From NCBI GenBank assembly GCA_965248155.1, contig CBDFIO010000001.1:480009-544008 (forward strand): a DNA stretch of 64,000 nucleotides. Reading direction: 5' to 3'. The stretch is from Saprospiraceae bacterium (GTDB lineage Bacteria > Bacteroidota > Bacteroidia > Chitinophagales > Saprospiraceae). Each line of letters starts with the position of its first letter. The first letter of the stretch is position 1. A program made the position numbers and the translations under genes. The notes beneath the pieces were generated by a model. It was given only the letters and a program-made list of their open reading frames with translations. It was not told the origin of the DNA and did no database searches. Shown here piece after piece: positions 1-8,303 of this stretch.

Positions 1-1
1 T

Positions 2-358
2 CAGAATGTAAATAAGAATGTTGACTGGCGAACAGCCGTTGTTTTTGGGATACCTGCGATACTAGGTGTTTGGGTGGTCAGACATTTTGTAATTCCTGCA
101 TTACCTGATGTATTGTTTACGATTCAGGATTTTGATTTTACCAGAAGAATGGGAATGTTTGGTTTATTTGCTTTTCTGATGCTTTGGGCGGCATGGTCAA
201 TGCTCTCAACCAAAGAACGCAAAGGTGGAACTGGAAAGATCAAATATAATTACCCTCTAATACTTGCAGAAGGTTTGATCGTTGGTGCTATTACAGGAAT
301 GGTAGGCGCTGGAGGTGGATTCTTGATCATTCCAGCATTAGTTGGCTCGCCAATTTAG
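2..358 (+). pseudogene. TauE/SafE-family (sulfite-exporter-like) membrane protein, fragment (5' end outside window, C-terminal part missing)
   Basis: The frame is open from nt 2 (the ORF track begins it at GTG 74). It has hydrophobic helices and the family-typical glycine motif MVGAGGGFLIIPALV. The frame stops at 358, about 55 bp before IS-derived sequence and well short of a full-length TauE protein. Confidence 0.6.
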
Positions 359-412
359 AAATAAAAAAAGCATCGTAACAATTAGCTTGAGTTTCGGCTG
401 AAAATATTTTAT

Positions 413-437
413 TGTAGGTCTTCAAACCAAAGTGGAC
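413..437. repeat. Solo 25-bp copy of the orfB-side terminal inverted repeat of the IS3-family element
   Basis: TGTAGGTCTTCAAACCAAAGTGGAC at 413-437 is repeated exactly at 439-463 (the true IS end), separated by a single C. Confidence 0.85.
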
Positions 438-478
438 CTGTAGGTCTTCAAACCAAAGTGGACAATAAGTGAATAAAA

Positions 479-1462
479 TTAAGTTACACTTTTAAAAGTT
501 AAATTGAAATATTTTTGTCTGCGTTTTTTAAATGTTTTGTGTTTACATAATTTTCTTCTCTTCAGTTTTTCTTCTTTTAATCCATAATAAACATCTGCTG
601 GTATCAAGTTTTGTAAAGATTCATGATATCTGTGATGGTTATAATATTTTACAAATTGTGAAAGAGGAAAACTCAATTCACCTGGGCTGTAATAATGATC
701 CAGTTTAATTACATTTTTCATTGTTCTGTGATACCTTTCAATCTTGCCTTGCGTTTGAGGATGACCAGGTCTTCCTCTCACATGTTTAATTTTGTAATCA
801 TCCAAATAAGAGCTCAACTCTTGACTTAAATAACAAGATCCATTATCAGATAATAACTTAGGCGGTTTATTCAAATTTACATTTGGATGGTTTAATGCCT
901 GATTCAAAGTATTTTTTACATCAAGGGTTTTCATCGTTGAGCACAACTCCCAACTTATAATGTACCTAGAATAATCATCTAATATAGTCGATAGGTAATA
1001 CCATCCCCAGCCAATGATTTTGAAATAAGTAAAATCAGTTTGCCACATTTGATTGACAGTTGTTGTTTTGTCTTTAAATTCATCTGCGGCAGATATCAGA
1101 TCATAATGAGGAGGGTTTATCAGTCCAGCAGATTTCAATATTCTGTAAACACTGCTTTCGCTTATAAAGTATTGATTCTCATCAGTATACCTGCAAGCCA
1201 ATTCTCTACAAGAAAGCTCTGAAACTTCCAGTGCCAGATTCAATATATTAGACCTGATCCGATCAGGAATCTTGTTCCAGTAATGCTTCCTTGTACTTTT
1301 CTTTTCCTCTAATCCTACAATTCCATTTTCCCGATATTTCTTATACCAGTTGTAAAAGGTTGATTTGTGAATACCAATTTCCTTGAGAGTTCTTCTAACA
1401 CTCCATTCGGATTGCTCAACCAGCCTAATCAGTTCCATCTTTTCTTTTGCTGTAAATCGCAT
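479..1462 (-). CDS. IS3-family transposase OrfB (DDE/rve integrase core); probably made as an OrfAB fusion by -1 frameshifting
   Basis: DDE signature WQTDFTYF ... LLSDNGSCY ... HPQTQGKIERYHRTMK. The -1 frame is open from the A7G site (KKLEWSKIKFKKY) into the orfB ATG. Confidence 0.9.
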   Translation of the reverse strand: MRFTAKEKMELIRLVEQSEWSVRRTLKEIGIHKSTFYNWYKKYRENGIVGLEEKKSTRKHYWNKIPDRIRSNILNLALEVSELSCRELACRYTDENQYFISESSVYRILKSAGLINPPHYDLISAADEFKDKTTTVNQMWQTDFTYFKIIGWGWYYLSTILDDYSRYIISWELCSTMKTLDVKNTLNQALNHPNVNLNKPPKLLSDNGSCYLSQELSSYLDDYKIKHVRGRPGHPQTQGKIERYHRTMKNVIKLDHYYSPGELSFPLSQFVKYYNHHRYHESLQNLIPADVYYGLKEEKLKRRKLCKHKTFKKRRQKYFNLTFKSVT

Positions 1463-1476
1463 ATACTTCTTGAATT

Positions 1477-1827
1477 TTATTTTACTCCATTCAAGCTTTT
1501 TTTAAGCACACGATTTTTCAGGGTAAGTTCTGCTACTACCTCTTTAAGGTCTTGATTTTCTGTCTTTAGATGTTGAACTTCTGAAGTGTTGGCTTCACGT
1601 TCTGTGTCTCCCTTTAAACGTTTCTTCCCTGCTTCCATGAAATCTTTACTCCACTTATAATATAGTGGTTGTGAAATCTCTTCTCTTCTACAAAGAGAAG
1701 CAACACTTTGTTCTCCTCTTAATCCTTCAATGACTATTCTAATCTTTTCTTCTGTAGAAAATTTACGTCTTGTCCTTCTTTTTACATCTCGGACATAAGA
1801 TTCTGCTGATTTGTTTTTCTTGTTCAT
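1477..1827 (-). CDS. IS3-family transposase OrfA (HTH DNA-binding part)
   Basis: 116-aa ORF with the typical IS3 OrfA layout: a basic N-terminus, FSTEEKIRIV...LCRREEISQPLYYKW, and a leucine-zipper-like C-terminus. The A AAA AAG site lies near its 3' end. Confidence 0.9.
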   Translation of the reverse strand: MNKKNKSAESYVRDVKRRTRRKFSTEEKIRIVIEGLRGEQSVASLCRREEISQPLYYKWSKDFMEAGKKRLKGDTEREANTSEVQHLKTENQDLKEVVAELTLKNRVLKKSLNGVK

Positions 1828-1902
1828 AATAAAGTGAATTTAATAGTTATGTATAACTTTTAATATTTCACTTAATGGTCCACTTTTATTTGACGATTTA
1901 CA

Positions 1903-2237
1903 AGGAAGACCTGGTCATCCTCAAACGCAAGGCAAGATTGAAAGGTATCACAGAACAATGAAAAATGTAATTAAACTGGATCATTATTACAGCCCAGGTG
2001 AATTGAGTTTTCCTCTTTCACAATTTGTAAAATATTATAACCATCACAGATATCATGAATCTTTACAAAACTTGATACCAGCAGATGTTTATTATGGATT
2101 AAAAGAAGAAAAACTGAAGAGAAGAAAATTATGTAAACACAAAACATTTAAAAAACGCAGACAAGAATATTTCAATTTAACTTTTAAAAGTGTAACTTAA
2201 TTTTATTCACTTATTGTCCACTTTGGTTTGAAGACCT
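1903..2237 (+). mobile_element. 3' fragment (335 bp) of another IS3-family copy, opposite orientation
   Basis: Matches the last ~335 bp of the element (orfB codons from RGRPGHPQTQGKIERYH to the stop). It ends in GTCCACTTTGGTTTGAAGACCTACA at 2213-2237 and abuts the orfA-side end of copy 1 at 1902/1903. Confidence 0.85.
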
Positions 2238-2757
2238 ACACCAGGTCAATGTCTTCATTAATTGGTAACCAACGATCAACCTGAACTTGAGAAGGGTTTG
2301 TGCCACTAAATAAATCTTCAGGCGTAAAATGATAAATGTTGTTGGCATCTACACTTTGTCTCAAAAAAGGAAGGTCTTGAAAAGCAACTGTATTGAATTC
2401 AGCAATATTTTGATTGTGATCAAAATGGAAGTGGGATAACAAAATTGAAACCGGTAAGGGAGTAAGCTGATCTATGATGTGTTTTATTTTTGAATTATTG
2501 ATGGCTTGATTTTCACCGGAACCAGAATCAAACATTAAGGCTTGGTTATCTCCCAGAATAAGATAAGAAACATTGTATTGAGAACTTTTTGGTTCTTCAA
2601 GAGCATATGTCCGATCTGCTATACTAGCAATCTCAAACCAATCTGAAGAAACCATCTCTATTGGGTCCGGTTCTTCTTCTACCATTGTTTCTTTATTATT
2701 ACAGCAGTTGAAAAATAGAACTAAGACTAAAATAAAAAATAACATGATTTTGCTCAC
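2236..2757 (-). pseudogene. MBL-fold metallo-hydrolase (secreted/lipoprotein), N-terminal fragment truncated by the IS end
   Basis: Signal peptide, then the HxHxDH zinc motif (SHFHFDHNQN). The frame runs straight into the IS terminal repeat, where the stop lies. It is about 170 aa, against the roughly 250-300 aa usual for this fold. Confidence 0.65.
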
Positions 2758-2943
2758 TATGGTAAAACTTGTTTTGATTTTCAGTTGACTAAACTAGCTA
2801 TCTTTTTATTCTTAATGAATTTTCATTTTGATTGGTGTAATATCATTATATCTATATGATGTCGGGATATTGAGACAAATGATGAGTTAATTGTAAATTG
2901 ATATCTTATATACCGCAATATTTTATTTTTAAGAATATAGTAT

Positions 2944-3624
2944 TTGAACATGCAAGCTGAAGGGACTCCAAAAGAAAAGGCTATACCTGGAATTTGGGAT
3001 AATCAAATTATACATTTCATCGGATTGATATTTTTAATAGTGATAGTCTGGTGCTTGTGGGCCAAAATTGAAAAGCCAAACCCTATCTTCTTCTGGAGTG
3101 CGATCGCAGTTCCGGTTTTGCATCAAATTTATGTCTGGTTATCGTGGAGAATTGAATTGAATTCATCTGGTGTAACTAAGTCAATAGGATTTAAAGCTTA
3201 TTTGATTTTCTTCTTTATTCTTTTTGCTGGAAGGGCCATCAGTATTATATGCATAGCTTACTTAGATATGAACAGTTTGGGATTCGATCCATTACCACGA
3301 TTTGCAATTGCAGGTTTATTGTTATTGCCAGCCTTGTATTTGACATATAGTGTTAAAAAATATTTTGCTTTCACCAGAGCGGCGGGAGGTGATCATTTTT
3401 ATCAAAAATACCGTGACCTTCCAATTGTCCAGAAAGGAATATTCCGATTTTCTTCTAACTCGATGTATGTCTTTGGCTTTATGATGTTATGGGCTATTGC
3501 TATCGGATTTAACTCAAAGGCGGCTTTAATCGTTGCTGCATTCAACCATGCTTATATATGGGTGCATTACTTTGTTACTGAAAAACCAGATATGGAATAT
3601 TTGGTGCTGGGTCAAATAGGCTGA
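2944..3624 (+). CDS. PEMT/ICMT-family membrane methyltransferase; the last 7 native codons are displaced by the IS1-like insertion
   Basis: Multi-TM protein with the family C-terminal block GIFRFSSNSMYVFGFMMLWAIAIG...HYFVTEKPDMEYL. Removing the IS and one copy of the duplication restores ...EYLYGGKESL with a stop at 4453-4455. Confidence 0.6.
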   Translation: MNMQAEGTPKEKAIPGIWDNQIIHFIGLIFLIVIVWCLWAKIEKPNPIFFWSAIAVPVLHQIYVWLSWRIELNSSGVTKSIGFKAYLIFFFILFAGRAISIICIAYLDMNSLGFDPLPRFAIAGLLLLPALYLTYSVKKYFAFTRAAGGDHFYQKYRDLPIVQKGIFRFSSNSMYVFGFMMLWAIAIGFNSKAALIVAAFNHAYIWVHYFVTEKPDMEYLVLGQIG

Positions 3625-4097
3625 TGATCTCCATAAGTTCCTGATTTATAATAGTATTTTTCGATGTACATACCAATGACATTATCGTGAATCTGTTCAT
3701 TTTTGGAAAAGCAAATGGTTTTTCTATTAAGACGTTTGATATGCGTTCTAAAATTCAAGTTTTTCCGTTCTATTTTCCAAGTCAAATCTTTCCCAATAGT
3801 ATGTAAGCTTTTTGGCAATGACCTACTATAAGCTCCCCAATCATCCATATAATAGTCACCAATGGGAATGTCTTTAAGAAGATCCAGAAGTTTTTCAAAG
3901 CTCTCATCGGTACGCTTTCCATTAACCCAAGCCAAAATCATCCCGGAATGCTTATCCATCGCATACCAAGTCCACCTTTGATTCGCCTTACTGCCAACAT
4001 AAGACCAAAACTCATCTGCCTCTGCTGTATAGTGAAAACTTACTGCCAAATTATCAAGGCTTTGAACTTCTTCCTTGTTCAATAGATAAGGGTTCAC
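3612..4097 (-). CDS. insB: IS1-family InsB' (catalytic part; expressed as InsAB' by -1 frameshift)
   Basis: Contains FWSYVGSKANQRWTWYAMD ... DDWGAYS ... KIERKNLNFRTHIKRLNRKTICFSK, typical of IS1 InsB. The -1 frame opens exactly at the A-run. Confidence 0.85.
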   Translation of the reverse strand: MNPYLLNKEEVQSLDNLAVSFHYTAEADEFWSYVGSKANQRWTWYAMDKHSGMILAWVNGKRTDESFEKLLDLLKDIPIGDYYMDDWGAYSRSLPKSLHTIGKDLTWKIERKNLNFRTHIKRLNRKTICFSKNEQIHDNVIGMYIEKYYYKSGTYGDHQPI

Positions 4098-4383
4098 TTG
4101 AAGCGTTTTTTTTTAAGTGAGCTATCACCGTATTTTTATTGATCCCTAAAATCCTTGCTGTATCTCGAACCCCTGAACTATTGAGAATTAATGAGTCAAT
4201 TTGTTCTTTAACACCGGGCTCTCTGGCTTTATAGCTATAGCTATAGCTATAGCTAAGTTGAAAACTCTTTTTGCAGACTTTACAACGCCAACGTTGTCTC
4301 CCGTTTTCTCTATGACCATTCTTTTGAAGGTCAGTACAATTGCAATGGGGACAAGTAATAGTAGTAGTAGTAGTATGTTCCAT
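4054..4383 (-). CDS. insA: IS1-family InsA (zinc-finger/HTH protein)
   Basis: CPHCNCTDLQKNG...RWRCKVCKKSF zinc finger followed by an HTH (VRDTARILGINKNTVIAHLKK), as in IS1 InsA. Confidence 0.85.
   Translation of the reverse strand: MEHTTTTTITCPHCNCTDLQKNGHRENGRQRWRCKVCKKSFQLSYSYSYSYKAREPGVKEQIDSLILNSSGVRDTARILGINKNTVIAHLKKNASSEPLSIEQGRSSKP
4106..4114 (-). promoter_or_regulatory. Probable programmed -1 ribosomal frameshift site of the IS1-like element (A9 run followed by C)
   Basis: The minus strand reads CAC TTA AAA AAA AAC. The insB' frame has a TAA immediately upstream of the run and is open after it (KKTLQVNPYLL...). IS1 classically shifts on A6C. Confidence 0.65.
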
Positions 4384-4490
4384 GTGCTAATATAAGAAAC
4401 TCAACCTATTTAAACCACTATCGAATATTTGTATGGAGGCAAAGAGAGTTTATAATCTATGCTTATTCAATTATTAGAACGAGCACTCAT

Positions 4491-5482
4491 TTATTCTATT
4501 TCTTCCCATTCTTTTCCATCCCAGATCCACAGATCATCTAATGGTAATTGCTCGCCATCCTTGTTTTCTTTGCCACCGAAAAGATATCCTAATTGAGACC
4601 CTGGATCGTAGGCAAAACCAAAACTGTGACGCGCAGATGGACCTTTAATATCAAGAGGAATAATCTTGTTTTGGTCGATTCGAAATGTAGAGCTTTTAGC
4701 TTGATAACGATAGTCTTTGCCACCAAATCCAATTATGCTTTCCAAAGCTTCATCATAAATCATAGCATGATGATCCAGAGAAGAGTTGTCATATGGTCCA
4801 CATAAAGCCGACCATTCTCCATCTTCCCATTTCCATAGATCTGCATATTGTCCATTGATCCAAAGCCCTCCATAAATATTAATGCTTTGTGCGTTCTTAT
4901 TGAAGGCCATTCCAAACGCAGCTCTTTTTGGAGGAGAAATAATATCTAGTTTTTCCCATTGTTCAGACCATTTCCAGCTTTCACTTACAACTTCTTCTCC
5001 ATTCCAACCTCCGAATGCCATTAGTGCGTTCTCTTCTTCCAAATAAACCATTTGATGATGATCGACTTTGTAAGTGTTATTGGTTTCAATTTGTGTCCAT
5101 CTATGACCATCCCACTCCCAGAGGTCAGAGTAAGTTGTGCTATTGTTTCCTCGACCTCCGTGGATAACAATTGACTTTCTCGAATCATGATACGCAACAG
5201 CACAAAAGCCTCTGGGGCTTGGGCCGATTGAGTCTACTTTAGTCCATTTTTCATCTTCCAAAATCCATGTATCATTCAAATAGGGCCCGCCTCTTTTATT
5301 TGTTCCTCCAAACAGAAGCAGTTGATTAGTAGTTGGGTTAAACACTAGAACATGCCCCCATCTTGCTCCAGGAAAATGATTGTTATCATTAATCTTAAAA
5401 GGTAAATGTGAAGACGAAATAAATATAGTAGACAGTAAAATGAGTAGACTAAAAAAAATCTTGCTTTTATTCGTTTTAGCAT
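4491..5482 (-). pseudogene. Secreted Kelch-repeat (beta-propeller) protein, frameshifted in the signal-peptide region
   Basis: Repeated Kelch units (xFGG ... W...W). The Kelch frame is open upstream of 5345 and encodes a signal-peptide-like KSKIFFSLLILLSTIFISSS, but the only ATG (5482-5480) is in another frame. One extra A in the A8 run (5451-5458) joins them. Confidence 0.7.
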
Positions 5483-5630
5483 ATACGCACCAGATTTAAG
5501 TGAATATTTGTAGTTCGCAATTTGTACGATCCAATTTTTATTCAAATTAACAAAAATGATGACCATCTTTATTCAGATTAAATGGATTTCATCTTTTTAT
5601 GTCTTGCTTGAGATTCTTTGAGAATTTTTT

Positions 5631-6086
5631 TTAAATCATTTCTAGCTTTGGATTGATGAAGGTTTTACAGAAAGGTTTTGCGGGATCTTTTATGTAATAA
5701 TTTTGAAATTTGGAATCTGAATGTTTAAAAGCTTTAAAAGGATAAACTTCTGCAACTATCATTTCCTTGAAATCTTTTTGAAGGTGTTTGATGATAAGAT
5801 TTGACTGATGAGTTTGATCTTGATTAAATGTATATATCGCAGATCGATATTTTTCTCTCATCGAATGTTTAGAAGTGGCTGAGTGTGTATGCAGGTGAAC
5901 TTCTATAAGCGTTTGGAGGGAAATTTCATTTTCTTCAAAATGTACGAGCACAGCCTCAGAGAATGAATTTTGTTCATCTGAAGATGCGATATATCCTTGC
6001 TCTACTTTTATTACACCTTTTAGAAACTGGAATACGGCTTCTGTACACCAATGACATCCACCACCTAATCCAATCTTACTAATCAT
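5631..6086 (-). CDS. msrA: Peptide-methionine (S)-S-oxide reductase MsrA-like
   Basis: N-terminal GLGGGCHWCTEAVF (compare the MsrA GCFWG active site), followed by ...EAVLVHFEENEISLQTLIEVH...KYRSAIY. Confidence 0.7.
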   Translation of the reverse strand: MISKIGLGGGCHWCTEAVFQFLKGVIKVEQGYIASSDEQNSFSEAVLVHFEENEISLQTLIEVHLHTHSATSKHSMREKYRSAIYTFNQDQTHQSNLIIKHLQKDFKEMIVAEVYPFKAFKHSDSKFQNYYIKDPAKPFCKTFINPKLEMI

Positions 6087-6186
6087 CTAATAGCTGTTAG
6101 TTTACAAGTACATTTAATTCAGAGTTTGAGAAAATCAGATAATGGGTACCAAAAGGGGATACCCATCGTCTGTGAATATTTTTAAA

Positions 6187-6543
6187 TTAAGCGTGATAAT
6201 ATCTCTCTTTAAGGATTTTACCATCTTTCCATTCGGATGCAACAATTTGTTCCGAGACCATTGTTGTTCCGTTTTTTAATTTCAAAGTCATTACGGCATC
6301 GTAAAAACTATGATTTCCATGAACTGCATAATTGCCTACATTATACCCAATGAATTCTTCCAATTCGTTGTTAATAAAATCTGCTTCAAACTTCACACAA
6401 AAATCTTTTCCTTTTTTAGGATCTCCATTCGCTTCTCTTAATTCTACATCATCATGCAAATATGTTTCCATCGCTTGAATAAATTGGCCTTCAGCCAGCA
6501 GGTCGTGAATATGTAATAAATTCTTTTCTATTTGATTTTGCAT
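6187..6543 (-). CDS. SnoaL/NTF2-like small protein
   Basis: 118 aa. Size and alpha+beta pattern are consistent with the NTF2-like fold. No catalytic motif recognised. Confidence 0.4.
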   Translation of the reverse strand: MQNQIEKNLLHIHDLLAEGQFIQAMETYLHDDVELREANGDPKKGKDFCVKFEADFINNELEEFIGYNVGNYAVHGNHSFYDAVMTLKLKNGTTMVSEQIVASEWKDGKILKERYYHA

Positions 6544-6563
6544 CTTAACTTGTTTTTAAATTA

Positions 6564-6893
6564 TTAATGAGTAGTTTGACTTGAATACTGATGAATTTTG
6601 TCGTGCAATGCAGACTCGGTTTGAAGACCAACTAATGATTCCACAACTTCGCCATCTTGGATAAAGAATAGTGCAGGAATACTTCTCACTCCAAATGATT
6701 CAGCCAACTCTTTATTTGTTTCCACGTTTACTTTTGCTATTGCAAAATCTGATTTGTGGAGTTCCGCAAGTTTTTCAACTGTAGGAAGTAATGTTCGGCA
6801 TGGACCACATCAATCAGCATAGAAGTCTAATAGTACAGGTTTGCCTTCACTAATAATTTCTTGAAAGTCTTTGTTATTTTTTATTTCTCTCAT
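6564..6893 (-). pseudogene. trxA: Thioredoxin with in-frame TGA at the Trp codon of the WCGPC active site
   Basis: Not in the ORF track. The minus-strand translation is MREIKNNKDFQEIISEGKPVLLDFYAD*CGPCRTLLPTVEKLAELHKSDFAIAKVNVETNKELAESFGVRSIPALFFIQDGEVV... The TGA is at 6812-6810, and the frame is otherwise intact for 109 codons. Confidence 0.8.
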
Positions 6894-6991
6894 GTTATAT
6901 ATTTTATGGTAATTAAAAATTATAACACAAATATGAATCCTATTTCAAGCTGAAGAATAGGCTGTTATTCCTTAACTGTTGGCATATTTAC

Positions 6992-7819
6992 CTATTGACC
7001 GGATTCTCTGAAATCAAGCGGAGAAATTCCCATTTGTTTCTTGAAAAAACGGCTAAATGACTGGATGTCTAAGAATCCAAGATCGTAACCGATTTCGGAT
7101 ATAGATTTGTCAGAATACTTCAAAAGTCGCTTCGCTTCGAGTATTAATCGATCCTTTATGAATTGTAAAGGAGATTTGATGCCTAATTTGTTAAAAAGAT
7201 TAGAAAGGGTTTTGGGTGCTTTATTTAATAACTGAGCATAATCTGCAACACTATGCTTCTCTCTGAAATATTTTTCAACAAAATAATTGAACTCTCTGAC
7301 AGTATCTGTATGTATTAAATCGGAGGAGGTAAAACTGCTTTGAGCTTTATAGATTCTAGTGCAAAGTATAAGTATTCTTTTTAACATCATTTGCAGCATT
7401 TCTAATTGTAAACTATCATTTGACTTCATTTCCATATCAAGTACCTTCCAGACGGATTCTAAAATTTCATTATCACTATCCGGAATATCAATGATTGGTA
7501 AAGCGGGTGAGCCATAATATAAAATACCTTTGCAACCAACTTCACTATCATGATCGAGAATGCAATAAAATGGTTTATTGAACCTTAAAAGTTTTAATTC
7601 ACTAATCTTTTCAATTTCTATTTTATGAAATTCAGTATAACAGATGATTTGATTCGTGTTAAAAACATAGGGGGCAGAATCAATAGTAAGTCGATTAGAA
7701 TCAGATGTGAACCAAAGAAGTGACAGTTCATTGCTATCTGAAGATTTCAGAATATCACAATTTTCTTGAGTAATAAGCTCCACTTCAAATGATTCCCCAT
7801 TTCTTCCTCTGTATTTCAT
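6992..7819 (-). CDS. AraC-family transcriptional regulator
   Basis: The C-terminal double HTH (ADYAQLLNKAPKTLSNLFNK...ISEIGYDLGFLDIQSFSRFFKKQMGISPLDFR) is typical of AraC/XylS. Confidence 0.85.
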   Translation of the reverse strand: MKYRGRNGESFEVELITQENCDILKSSDSNELSLLWFTSDSNRLTIDSAPYVFNTNQIICYTEFHKIEIEKISELKLLRFNKPFYCILDHDSEVGCKGILYYGSPALPIIDIPDSDNEILESVWKVLDMEMKSNDSLQLEMLQMMLKRILILCTRIYKAQSSFTSSDLIHTDTVREFNYFVEKYFREKHSVADYAQLLNKAPKTLSNLFNKLGIKSPLQFIKDRLILEAKRLLKYSDKSISEIGYDLGFLDIQSFSRFFKKQMGISPLDFRESGQ

Positions 7820-7848
7820 TATGAAATTTCAAGTATTTAAAATTGTCC

Positions 7849-8265
7849 TTAATTAAAGGGTAATAAATCGGGTTCCAAATAATTTAACCTTGCTTGCTTT
7901 GATATAAAAATATCTGAACTATAATGACTTTGGATCAGCTCTTTAAAGTTTGATTTTAACCTTGGGAATTCTGATATAAAATCCTTGAAACTGCCTGATT
8001 CAGATTTTTGTATAAATTGGTTTACAATTTTAATGGCAGCTAAGGTTAGGGTAGTGTGGTACTTGTCTTCGGCGCCTACATGTTTCACAAAAGACTTAAT
8101 TTGAGATTGGATATCTTCTTCAGCTTTCTGAACACCATTTTTCGTGATTTTAATCCAGGCAAGACGTAAGTGTGCTTCGTGGCTAAATAGCTCAGGCTTG
8201 AGTTGGCATGAAAAGAATTGCGCTTCAAATTCGTTGTCAGACAGATCCCAATGAGAGTTGCTCAT
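7849..8265 (-). CDS. Hypothetical protein (138 aa)
   Basis: Long ORF, co-directional with and 39 bp downstream of the Rieske-ThDP gene. No motif recognised. Confidence 0.5.
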   Translation of the reverse strand: MSNSHWDLSDNEFEAQFFSCQLKPELFSHEAHLRLAWIKITKNGVQKAEEDIQSQIKSFVKHVGAEDKYHTTLTLAAIKIVNQFIQKSESGSFKDFISEFPRLKSNFKELIQSHYSSDIFISKQARLNYLEPDLLPFN

Positions 8266-8303
8266 ACTTGATTTTTAAAAATTGAAATACAAATATAAGC
8301 GCA

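Larger units (their letters stand above)
439..1902 (-). mobile_element. IS3-family insertion sequence, copy 1 (1464 bp)
   Basis: The ends TGTAGGTCTTCAAACCAAAGTGGAC (439-463) and GTCCACTTTTATTTGACGATTTACA (1878-1902) form imperfect (20/25) TG..CA inverted repeats. It has an orfA/orfB layout with an A7G slippery run (minus strand, 1496-1503). The same unit recurs at 27708-29171 and 59079-60542. No flanking direct repeat. Confidence 0.9.
3603..4422 (-). mobile_element. IS1-family insertion sequence (820 bp) with 8-bp target-site duplication
   Basis: GAATATTT occurs at 3595-3602 and again at 4423-4430. Terminal repeats are GGTGCTGGGTCAAATAGG (3603-3620) and CCTATTTAAACCACTATC (4405-4422), 12/18 complementary. 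It has insA/insB' ORFs with an A-run frameshift site. Confidence 0.85.

Noticed and set aside
344-412. 69-bp stretch between the end of TauE homology and the solo IS repeat as a remnant of another mobile element
   Set aside because: There is no repeat, ORF or similarity to any other part of the window, so it cannot be interpreted from sequence alone.
1040-1555. 60-62-aa ORFs antisense to the IS3-family transposase genes (also 28309-28491, 28636-28824, 59426-59614, 59759-59941)
   Set aside because: They are repeated only because the IS is repeated. They are antisense to orfA/orfB, and there is no evidence of function.
5345-5566. 73-aa ORF upstream of the Kelch gene
   Set aside because: It is the out-of-frame continuation of the Kelch gene's true start codon after the A8 frameshift. 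It is not an independent gene.
6810-6812. TGA in the thioredoxin read as a sense codon (Trp reassignment, genetic code 4/25-like, or selenocysteine)
   Set aside because: TGA terminates apparently complete genes in the same window (for example the Rieske-ThDP gene ends ..VKLI-TGA at 8304-8306, and the IS1 insA ends in TGA). Sec replaces Cys, not the Trp of WCGPC, and I saw no SECIS-like context. A point mutation or base-call error is simpler.
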